A stretch of 63,953 nt of DNA, the filler included, from Octopus bimaculoides (lineage: Eukaryota), in assembly GCF_001194135.2 (NCBI RefSeq). It is 6 parts of 6 records of this genome, joined end to end, with 100 filler letters (N's around TTAATTAATTAA, not from the genome) between each part and the next. Parts side by side here need not be neighbours in the genome. Positions count along the whole stretch, not along the records: positions 50,347 to 56,597 come from NC_068994.1; positions 56,698 to 59,489 come from NC_068986.1; positions 59,590 to 61,924 come from NC_068984.1; positions 62,025 to 63,953 come from NC_068987.1; 2 more parts are not named here. One strand, written 5' to 3'. The notes beneath the pieces were generated by a model. The model made no database searches. It was not told where the DNA came from and worked only from the letters and a program-made list of their open reading frames with translations. A program made the position numbers and the translations under genes. Below are positions 53,570-63,953 of the stretch, one piece after another (the first letter of the stretch is position 1; the number at the start of each line of letters is the position of its first letter).

Positions 53570-53731
53570 ATTCTTTTGCTTGTTTCAGTCATTTCACTGC
53601 GGCTATGCTGGAGCACCGCCTTTAGTCGAACAGATCTTTGTAAACCTAGTACTTATTCTATCGGTTATGTTTTGCCGAACCGCTAGATTACGGGGACCGA
53701 AACATACCAGCATCGGTTGTCAAGCGATGTT
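53570..53731 (-). mobile_element. SINE family B, 3' part, ending at a gap
   Basis: Family B motif. Confidence 0.75.
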
Positions 53732-56347
53732 NNNNNNNNNNNNNNNNNNNNNNNNNNNNNNNNNNNNNNNNNNNNNNNNNNNNNNNNNNNNNNNNNNNNN
53801 NNNNNNNNNNNNNNNNNNNNNNNNNNNNNNNNNNNNNNNNNNNNNNNNNNNNNNNNNNNNNNNNNNNNNNNNNNNNNNNNNNNNNNNNNNNNNNNNNNNN
53901 NNNNNNNNNNNNNNNNNNNNNNNNNNNNNNNNNNNNNNNNNNNNNNNNNNNNNNNNNNNNNNNNNNNNNNNNNNNNNNNNNNNNNNNNNNNNNNNNNNNN
54001 NNNNNNNNNNNNNNNNNNNNNNNNNNNNNNNNNNNNNNNNNNNNNNNNNNNNNNNNNNNNNNNNNNNNNNNNNNNNNNNNNNNNNNNNNNNNNNNNNNNN
54101 NNNNNNNNNNNNNNNNNNNNNNNNNNNNNNNNNNNNNNNNNNNNNNNNNNNNNNNNNNNNNNNNNNNNNNNNNNNNNNNNNTATATATATATATATATAT
54201 ATATATATTCTAAATGATTGATGCGGAAGACGGAATGTGGCTAGAAGCATTATTTAGCAAGAACAATAGTTTCTGCTGCCTTTTGCACTGCCCCCTGTTG
54301 GGTGGGGAACGATGTAATGAGATCGGATGCGTCTTGCAGTGCGAAGGAGCCTGTATGTATGTATGATGTTTCTCTTGTTTACCTGCTTAACGTTATACCT
54401 AAGTAATGTCTGAATGAAATTTAAGACATGACAATGATTACAGCGTAAAAAAAAAAACTTAAGAAACAGTGAAACTGCGTAGCACCAGCAATTATATAGC
54501 TGAGGGTTGAAAATGATAGCTCAAGAAGTAGTGCGTTCTTCATAATAAATATACTTGCTGTGGGGTCTCATTTTGTGATACAGGGAGTCGGCAAAGTTCT
54601 GCTAACTGAAATTATCCTTGAATTCGAAAGGAAAAATACTTTTAACGTATCTGCAAGCAAATGTCATAACTCAAATAAAATTAATTATTTTATATAACAT
54701 ATTCTTTTAGCTCTTTAACTGCGAAAATAAATTTCATGTTTGTTCTAGGAAAATATGTTAAATATCTACCAAAATATAGAATTGATATTTTCTTTAAGAC
54801 CTATTGTTTCTATAAACTTGACATGTCTCATCGAATAATAGCTACAAACATGACATTTCTCAGTAAGTGATAGATCGATATATAAAACTGTTTTCTGAGG
54901 TTTAAGACTAATGAAATTTTGTGTAGATATACCTGATTTCCAACAGTAAAAGGGTTAATGTGGACAATGCAGTTAGATATTGATTTTATATTTAAAGCCA
55001 ACACTGAAATCTTAGAATAGCTCTTCCCGCGAAGCAAATTAAGTGAAACCTGCTATGCGGAGGATTCCAAAGTAGCAAACAGAACCCGACACAGGGGAAA
55101 ACAAACGTTGAGGGCCGTTAGGCCGAACGAGATGAGATACTGACCGCTGTGATGTGACGAACTTGAGCAGAGAGAGAGATATAGCAGTTCGTGTTGCCTT
55201 TATGCTGGCCGAATGGAGAAAGGAAGAACTGACCACAGGTCACGCGTGATCAACGAGGAGTGTTTGAGAGGAGTGGTAGTGTTTATTTTAATCCTTTCCA
55301 ATGATATTTGAATTTTTTATTGCAGAATTTTGAGGGTGGGTGAAGGTTTGTAGGTTCTTCCTCTGGGTATGGCTTTAAACTGCAGCCGGTAGTGGGGTCC
55401 TGGTTCGGGAGTCCGAGGGTTTAGATGAATGTAGGGCCACCGCTTAGCCATTTATTATTCATTCCCAGGTCTACTCGGACCCGAAGTGGTAACGCCGCTC
55501 AAGGTCCCAGTTATGGGTTAATTAGCTTGTAAAATAAAGACCAACTGTGAAATTGGGAATAATCTGCTCCGGACCAAATTACGGGTGGCCCCTTTAGCTA
55601 GGCCCTGCACCCGGTAGCAATCCGAGTCAGGATTACGTTAAAATCATGGGAAACAGTATGATGGATGTGAACTATTTCGGTAGATGAAGTTATTGAATCA
55701 ATGGTGAATATCGTTCGATGCTGAACGGTTGAACAGACAACAAACTGTCAAAAGCCAGGATCAACCAGTTCAGTTAGCGAACCGCTGCTGTCATATGTAG
55801 TCGCGGTTTGCGCAGATGAGATATTTCTGCTATCGAAAGACGAATATGATTTATTGGTCCAGACAAGTCGCCCGAGCAGATGATGATGACGACGACGATG
55901 ATGATAATGATGAAAGTGACGATGATGATGATGGTGGTGATTATGATGATGTTGACGACGACGACGACGATGACGATGATCATGATGAAGACGACGGCTA
56001 TGATGATGACGACGATGACGGCTATGATGACGATGATAATGATGAATGCGACGACGATGATGATGATGGTGATTATGATGACGTTGAGGACCACGATAAA
56101 GATGACTATGATGACGACAATGACAATGATGAAGATGATGACAATGATTTTTTTTTTTGATTTTTTCCTCTATAATTTTTTCGTCCATCATTTTTGAAAT
56201 TTGAATAAACTTTACCTCTTTTTAGACTTAAAACGACGGACTACCAAATAGGAAAAAAAAAGACAAAAACAAAAAAACAAGACAATGAACGAATTTCTTT
56301 CACAACCCAACACCTTACATGACCAACAAACCGTTTTCCTCCAAAAT

Positions 56348-56348
<1 letters not shown>

Positions 56349-56378
<30 letters not shown>

Positions 56379-56597
56379 GCACTCCGTCGCTTACGACGTC
56401 GAGGGTTCCAGTTCATCCGATCAACGGAACAGCCTGCTCGTGAAATTAACGTGCAAGTGGCTGAGCACTCCACAGACACGTGTACCCTTAACGTAGTTCT
56501 CGGGGATATTCAGCGTGACACAGAGTGTGACAAGGCTGACCCTTTGAATTACAGGCACAACAGAAACAGGAAGTAAGAGTGAGAGAAAGTTGTGGTG
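56349..56597 (-). mobile_element. SINE family C, truncated by a gap
   Basis: Near-identical reverse complement of about 42520-42749. Confidence 0.9.
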
Positions 56598-58149
56598 NNN
56601 NNNNNNNNNNNNNNNNNNNNNNNNNNNNNNNNNNNNNNNNNTTAATTAATTAANNNNNNNNNNNNNNNNNNNNNNNNNNNNNNNNNNNNNNNNNNNNTAT
56701 ATATATAAAGTACATATGATGTAAAATATAAATCTATAGTTAAATCATGTCAACCTAATTTGATGACGTTCACAAGGAAAAAGGAAAGCATGTTATTTAT
56801 ATTTCGAACCTTAGTACCTATGCGAAAAGAAAATGAACTGAATGAAAGATATTGTGAAAGAGAGAGTGAAAGATAGAGTGTACATGATTATGAAAAAGCA
56901 GATGATAGTTGGAAAACAGAAGCTGGATGTGTGATTATCTGTAACCCAAAAAATTTCAATTGGCATGATCTGTTTTCGCATAGGATGAATAACTGACACT
57001 TGTAAGCAGTATTGTATACAAAATACTATAAACAAAGATTGTATATTTTGTTGAAGAGTGTAAATCTTCATGTATAAAACCATTGATGATGAGGAAGTTT
57101 TTATTTTTGTCGAATGTTAATAAAGTTATTCTTCAAGAGAATCGAGACACATGTCAAAGACATTGTAACGATAAACACTGTCCTTTTTGGGTAAATCTGA
57201 TTTCCTGATTATAATTGTAGTATCTATTGTGTCCTCTTTTCTTAGGCGGTGGAGTGTGATTTGAGAGAGATTTATTTGCTATTTCTCGCAGGTGAACGGC
57301 AATGTAAAGGCTTATACATCAGCTTGTTATTGTTGTTGTTGTAATTGTTGGGGATAGTGTTTAGTTCTAGATCAGGAGTGTCTGAACAGAACGCTTTATA
57401 GATCTGTATATTTATGAAATCAGTATCCTGTATTTGTATAATAAGGTGGGTTATGATTTGAGCCAGGATTTGGCTGCTGATTCGAGCAGGTCACAGGACA
57501 ACGTAGAATATCTCTCGTTGTTTCTTTGCATCCGTTGTGGTCACTGCTGCTGCTGCTGCTGCTGTTGTTGTTGCTGTTGTTGTTTCATCATGACTTCATT
57601 CTATTTTGATGAAGCTCAGCTAAATGGCCGCCAAAAGCTAGTTTGCAAGAATCGATGATAATACGCCATTTTGTGACGGTTAATTATCAAAGGGACTCCG
57701 ACATTTTACTATAGGATTGGCTATATTAGGGATAATTAATAAACATTTATTGCTCTACCTTGCAAACAGATGAGGGGGAATCATAACACGTAGATATAAA
57801 CACTCCCATTCACGCTTACACATACACACACTTGTATACGTATTTGTATGCACGCATATGGACACATGCGTTCACATAGATTCATACTTTGCGCTACAGT
57901 TCCGCAGGATGTCAGTGTTATTGTTCCCATACAGTTTTATCACCCCTATCGTAAATCATTGTTTCCTCATATATATATATTTATGCATGTTTATGTGCAC
58001 ACATACACACACACACATACACATACATACATACATACATACATACATACACGTTTCTATGGATTTAGACATGCATACATTATACACACAAAAATATAGA
58101 TAAACACACTCATACTCACGCAAGCACATACACACATATTTATATATGC

Positions 58150-58197
<48 letters not shown>

Positions 58198-58799
58198 NNN
58201 NNNNNNNNNNNNNNNNNNNNNNNNNNNNNNNNNNNNNNNNNNNNNNNNNNNNNNNNNNNNNNNNNNNNNNNNNNNNNNNNNNNNNNNNNNNNNNNNNNNN
58301 NNNNNNNNNNNNNNNNNNNNNNNNNNNNNNNNNNNNNNNNNNNNNNNNNNNNNNNNNNNNNNNNNNNNNNNNNNNNNNNNNNNNNNNNNNNNNNNNNNNN
58401 NNNNNNNNNNNNNNNNNNNNNNNNNNNNNNNNNNNNNNNNNNNNNNNNNNNNNNNNNNNNNNNNNNNNNNNNNNNNNNNNNNNNNNNNNNNNNNNNNNNN
58501 NNNNNNNNNNTATATATATATATATATATATGTGCTACCAAAATATACCCGTATACACGACTCACATACACACACTATATAATATATGTAATGTTTCATG
58601 TATGCATATATGCATGAGGTATATATGTGTGCATGTGTTTGTGTGTGCGTGTGCGCACTAATGTGTGTGTGTGTGTGTGCATCTATGAGTATATGTATGT
58701 ATATATGTACATGTATATATATATATATACATATAATTATGCACTCAATTATATAAACATACATGCACATATATAGATACCTGTAAACAAAGCATATAC

Positions 58800-58837
<38 letters not shown>

Positions 58838-59448
58838 GCACTCATTCAAATACACGTATACGTATACACGCATGCATATATGAATATATACATAGTGTAA
58901 GTACACACACACACACATATGCACATACACACATACAGATGCGCGCACACACACACGCACACACGCTAAAACACGGCTCATGTTAATTGATGTGTTGTGT
59001 TTATACGTTTCACGTTGGGTTGTCTATGAATATTTAAATATAAATAACACCTCACTAATATCCTTTTCGATAAAATCTCCACCAAACTTGAAAAGAACTT
59101 ATCCATGATTAATTAACATTAATCAGAAGCAAGCAGTAACAGAATAATTAATTCAATATACTCTGACTCAAAACAGCTCTACTTCATTTCAACCTTGTTT
59201 TTTTTCTATATTATTTATATAAATTGATATATATATTTATATATATACTTTTTGTATATTTTTATATATTCATTTATATATTTACACACACACACAAATA
59301 CACACACGTATATACATACACAGACACACACAGAGACACACACACAAATACACACACGTATATACATACACAGATACACACACAGACACACAGACACACA
59401 CACACACACATGCACACACACACACACATATATATATATATACATATA

Positions 59449-59489
<41 letters not shown>

Positions 59490-59766
59490 NNNNNNNNNNN
59501 NNNNNNNNNNNNNNNNNNNNNNNNNNNNNNNNNTTAATTAATTAANNNNNNNNNNNNNNNNNNNNNNNNNNNNNNNNNNNNNNNNNNNNTTGTATATGCT
59601 CCACAAGGGAAAACAAGGAACATAGTTTACAATGAGGTGTTATAATCACAACAGCAAGAAAGTATGTACATGATCACCTTCTTTTACGAAGCTTCATTGA
59701 CTTTCATATATTTATATTGATATACATATATATACGTGTGTTTGGGTGCGTGTGTGTATGTACATA

Positions 59767-59854
59767 TCTATATATAAAGATGATGCGTAGTCTAGACGGC
59801 GTTTTTAGATTTCATTATTCTCTTTAACCCGGGCAACGCCGGGTATTTCTGCTA

Positions 59855-59855
<1 letters not shown>
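59767..59855 (+). mobile_element. 89-bp non-autonomous mini-Helitron
   Basis: Inserted between A and T. 5' end TCTATATATAAAG; subterminal hairpin ACCCGG-gcaacg-CCGGGT at 59827-59844; 3' end CTAG at 59852-59855. Confidence 0.75.
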
Positions 59856-59894
<39 letters not shown>

Positions 59895-60392
59895 TACACA
59901 GAATTGAAAGGCTCTAGTTTCATGTACTCAGTTACTCGAGTCAGATCAGCATGGTCGGTTTAGTCAGCTGATGATCGGACACGATTAACTCGGTGCACTG
60001 GAATTTGGAGCCTTTCAGTTATAACGTATTAAATAACATTTTACACATTTAGACGGACGGACAGACGGGTCGTTTGTATTTTTATATATATATACACATC
60101 TACATGCGTATGTTTCACTTACGTGGAGGTGGTTCTATACCTGTATATATGAGGAGGGGTGCGGTGTGTATTAACTTCCAATGCTCAGATATTAATTCAA
60201 TTGTCGTCATTGTTATTGCTTAAATGGTGAGCTATAAGAATCGCTACTGTTTCGGCCAAATCCTTACTGGATTTAGGTGCACACCTTAACGTTCTAATCT
60301 CAAATTTCGCCAGATCGACTTTGCTTTTTATTCTGTCGACGAGGGGTCAGTAAAAAACAACACCATTTGAGCACCAGGGTTGATGTATTTAA

Positions 60393-60637
60393 CCCATTCA
60401 TACCAATCGTTCGTTTAAACTTACCCTTAATCTATAAGGGTATAAAACAAATACTTGATACAAATTGTGATTTGTGTATGATCTGTATCAAAGAATGAAA
60501 CATGTTCTTAACGCGTATGCAGTCTGTATCAAACGGATTTCAATGAAATTTTTTTCACTTGTTATTTAGGTCAAAATAGTAGCATCTATGAATTTTCAGC
60601 AATTTCATTCCCTAGAAAAAATTTCGGTACGAATGGG
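60393..60637. mobile_element. 245-bp piggyBac-like MITE
   Basis: TTAA on both sides (60389-60392 and 60638-60641). The 12-bp TIRs CCCATTCATACC / GGTACGAATGGG match at 11 of 12 positions. Confidence 0.85.
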
Positions 60638-60649
60638 TTAACTTGCCCA

Positions 60650-60890
60650 CTCTCCTCCAACGTGTAAACCTTCTGTCCAAATCAAGAACTGTTATTATTG
60701 GTTAACCCTTGGTCACTCGCAGAGGAGATCTTTAAGAAGAATTCCAGATATGGCAATCACCTCATTTGGTCTGTCTGGGATTATATTGTTTACTATGTCC
60801 TTCACTTTTAATCTCATATATTTTGAGTGAGATGCCACCTCTATTTCTAGCAGATCTATCAGCTCAATATGGGTTGGTATGTGCTCCCAA
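60650..60890 (-). mobile_element. Possible CR1/Jockey-group LINE pre-RT fragment
   Basis: VKDIVNNIIPDRPNEVIAISGILLKDLLCE weakly resembles the V..L...K..GPD.I....LK motif. Confidence 0.3.
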
Positions 60891-61589
60891 TTTCAAGAAA
60901 AATGGTTTCCTTGAAATCGTCATAGAGTTGTTGTTGTTGTTGTTGTGTGTGTGTGTGTGTGGCAAATCATGTGTGGATGCGTGCGTATTTGAATATGTGT
61001 GTGTGTTTGAGTGTAGATAGATAGATAGAAAGATAGATAGATAGAGGATAGTGTTTGAGTGTGTGTGTGTGTAAGCTCACATGTATTTGTGTGTGTGCGT
61101 ATTTGAGTGTGAGCGTGTAAGTGTGGTTGTATAGCTGAGCGTGCGTACATGTTCAAATCCTTTTACATTTATTGTGCGTGTGTGCGTGTATGTATGTGTG
61201 TGTGTGTGTGTGTACGTGTATGTGAATGTTTATGTCTAGTCGTGTACGTTTCATTGTACACGAATTCAAACATCAGAACAGTATTGTATTGTGTGCGTGA
61301 GTGTCTGGGAATATACTGTGTCTGTGTGTTGGTTCTTGTGAACGGTTCTGCAACATTCATAAGCCTGTGTGTGTGTGTGTGTGTTTCTGCATGCATGTGA
61401 ACCTCTGTCTGTCTTGGTGTGTCTGTGTGTTCGTGTGAACCTGCGTATGTACGGGTGTGTCTGTGTGTTCGTCTTCATAAATATGTTCACTTCGAATTCC
61501 ATCTGGTGTGGTGGATTTTGCATGTATATATACGTGATCTGTGTAACGTGTGTGTGTATGTGTGTGCTGCTTGTGGTCATCTTTGCTTC

Positions 61590-61687
<98 letters not shown>

Positions 61688-61887
61688 TCTCTTTCTGTCT
61701 TTCTCTTTGCGTGTATACATATATATAATGCGTGCGTGCATTTGAGGCCACACTGAGGGTATACGTGTAATGTAAGACTCAAATCGTGCTATCACCGGTC
61801 TGTGTGTATTCTAGTGTCCGTGCGCCTGTCTGTGTTATTGTGTGTTTCTGCTCCTTCTATGTATGAATGTTTATATATAAGTATGGA

Positions 61888-61924
<37 letters not shown>

Positions 61925-62024
61925 NNNNNNNNNNNNNNNNNNNNNNNNNNNNNNNNNNNNNNNNNNNNTTAATTAATTAANNNNNNNNNNNNNNNNNNNN
62001 NNNNNNNNNNNNNNNNNNNNNNNN

Positions 62025-62078
<54 letters not shown>

Positions 62079-62270
62079 AATATATAACAATCACAAACAC
62101 ACACACACACACTCATACGCACATACACACACATGAAAAAAGCATTCAGGAAATACCGTAAATTGATTGGCGTTAAGAAAGGCATTAAGCCGTAGAATCA
62201 ATGCCAAAGCGGATACTAGATAACAATACAGTTCTGGGATCCAGTCCAGCATGGATGATGGACATCAAAA

Positions 62271-62302
<32 letters not shown>

Positions 62303-62849
62303 GGATATATGCGCAACTGTTAACTGAAATTATATTCAGTGTTCCCCGGGAAATAACACTCTCGCTTGTTGGTTAGCAAGCTAAATCAGCGTAGCACAGC
62401 GACTGACGGTTCAATCAACTCGACCGGTTTCTATGCAGATTCCATCTGTCCAGTTTCATTCATTAGGTATGGGTCGATCCGAAACGATAGAAAATAACAA
62501 AAGAACAATATGCCATATTGTGAAATCGAACCTGGGACCATGTGGTCGCTGAGGGAACATCTTAATTGTTAGGACATACTGTTTCTAATTGGGAGTCCCA
62601 CCTGCCAAAGACCTCTTTCCTAGTTCAGAACTAACATGGATCTAGTAGAAGATACTCAAAGACCTAAGAACGATCAAATATTGCTTTGGTTAGATGGGGT
62701 TACCAGACTGGCACAATGAGGAGCAGACCATGCTATGGGGCACTGCCTTGTCTACCATTGCAGCTCAAACAATCTTGCTGAATTCAATAAAAACGCAGAG
62801 AACTATGTAAATAAATGGCATATAACCCTAAGAGGCGAATCAAAATCAA

Positions 62850-63185
62850 GAATTTATCAAATGAGCTAGATGGCTGCTGCATACGGATGCTAGAATGGCC
62901 CTAAATATGAACTGGCAACATCATATAACAAACGAATGCCTTTACGGAGATCTGCCGGAGGTTAGCAAGAAGCTCAGGCAAACACGGCTGCAACTATCTG
63001 GTCACTGCATGCGCCGCCCTGAGCTGCAAGCTTTCAAATTAGTCTTGTGGAACCTACTTTGTGGTGATGTAAGAAGAGGAAAATGTCGTCACATTTACAT
63101 CGACAATTTGATCACAGACACTGGCCTAGAATGTATCTAGGACCTCGAGGCAGTGATGCTGGACTGAGACATGTGGCGGGTGGAC
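62850..63185 (+). mobile_element. RTE-X-like LINE 3' fragment
   Basis: ELDGCCIRML / MALNMNWQHHITNECLYGDLPEVSKKLRQTRLQLSGHC...RGKCRHIYIDNLITDTG matches the post-RT RTE/RTE-X motif ALN.SW..H.TN..LYG.LP.....R..RL..AGHC. Confidence 0.8.
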
Positions 63186-63244
63186 TTTGTTACTGCGGCC
63201 CGGGTTGGAACCCGGCCATAAAAAATAAAATGAGGTTATATAAA

Positions 63245-63250
63245 TTTATT
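63245..63250 (-). terminator. Candidate polyadenylation signal AATAAA for the 63507-63598 exon
   Basis: TTTATT on the + strand, about 260 nt downstream of the stop codon. Confidence 0.3.
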
Positions 63251-63506
63251 ACTGAAATAGTAAAATGGAGTAAGTAGGTGCCAACGCAATAAACTAAACA
63301 TTAATAATATACACATACACATACATGAACAATTAATAAATGACAAAAGAACAGGATTTACGAAAGAAAAATAAGGCCATACTGCATCCATTGCGATAGT
63401 TCATCCCAGTTGGTAAATTTCACTCAAGTTGAGAAAATTAAAGTGTTTGTTTACATGTTTTCTTTACGCTTATTGATGTACCTCGCTAACATATGGCGTG
63501 TGTATT

Positions 63507-63598
63507 TCATGAGCTGTTGCTTGCTTGGCGTCTGAAACTCTCTCGGCGTAAAACTGGGCTGTTGAATATCTCCCGCGCTCTCAGCTTTAAGTTTTCAA
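63507..63598 (-). CDS. Probable last coding exon of a gene extending beyond the window (x-ENLKLRAREIFNSPVLRRESFRRQASNSS*)
   Basis: Acceptor catttctatctgtcAG. The other two frames stop within four codons. It is GC-richer than its flanks and the peptide looks protein-like. Confidence 0.5.
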
Positions 63599-63912
63599 CT
63601 GACAGATAGAAAATGGTAATTTCATTTGGTCCGAAAAGACACATCTTGTCTCTCACAAATGCCTTTATTTGTTTACATTGTCACTTTAACTACATGACTG
63701 TGATGTCATCATACAATGCGTGTTATATAACTGCTGTTTATCGGTGTGCAATGCTTAGATACGCAACGTGTGTGTGTGTCTAGTTGTTATTTGACGAAGT
63801 TGTTATTTGTTCGGTGGACTCGTGACGTAATAATAATAGTTGGATGAACGTTGCATTTTGCTGCGTTTTAACGACATACATATATACATACAAAAATACC
63901 ATACGTACATAT

Positions 63913-63953
<41 letters not shown>

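Noticed and set aside
52780-53625. 281-aa ORF and similar poly-I/V/T/D/H ORFs (e.g. 9208, 50829, 52114, 55748)
   Set aside because: These are translations of trinucleotide microsatellites.
55811-55845. CAGAUGA-GAUA..UAUC-GAAA hammerhead-like string
   Set aside because: Core U4 is missing and there is no matching NUH site or stem I. Probably chance.
59901-60021. CTGATGA-TCG(gaca)CGA inside a short element with ~14-bp inverted ends
   Set aside because: It is followed by TTAAC rather than GAAA, so it is not a hammerhead. It looks like an ordinary small repeat.

Overview
Eukaryotic, AT-rich draft-assembly DNA dense in microsatellites and containing many N-gaps. The SINE and MITE families, the (ATG)n/(CA)n/(TA)n load and the RTE-type LINE relics resemble Octopus genomic sequence as I recall it (inference, not database-checked). 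Almost all ORFs in the supplied track are translations of microsatellites or gaps. The window is mostly decayed transposons: four SINE families, RTE, RTE-X, CR1-like and R4-like LINE fragments, a Tigger/pogo transposase remnant, an internally deleted hAT (hATm-like) element, TTAA-type MITEs and an 89-bp mini-Helitron. It also holds a ~2.5-kb array of a 76-bp satellite. No complete or nameable host gene is visible. The best host-gene evidence is on the minus strand: a clean 141-nt internal exon at 7008-7148, two weaker phase-compatible downstream exons, and a probable terminal coding exon at 63507-63598. The most unusual structure is a ~610-bp nested inverted repeat at 30841-31450. It carries three minimal hammerhead-ribozyme-like motifs of the kind known from Penelope-like elements, and further such motifs occur elsewhere in the window. 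All translations, coordinates and family assignments were made by eye. Repeat boundaries are approximate unless a TSD or TIR is cited.
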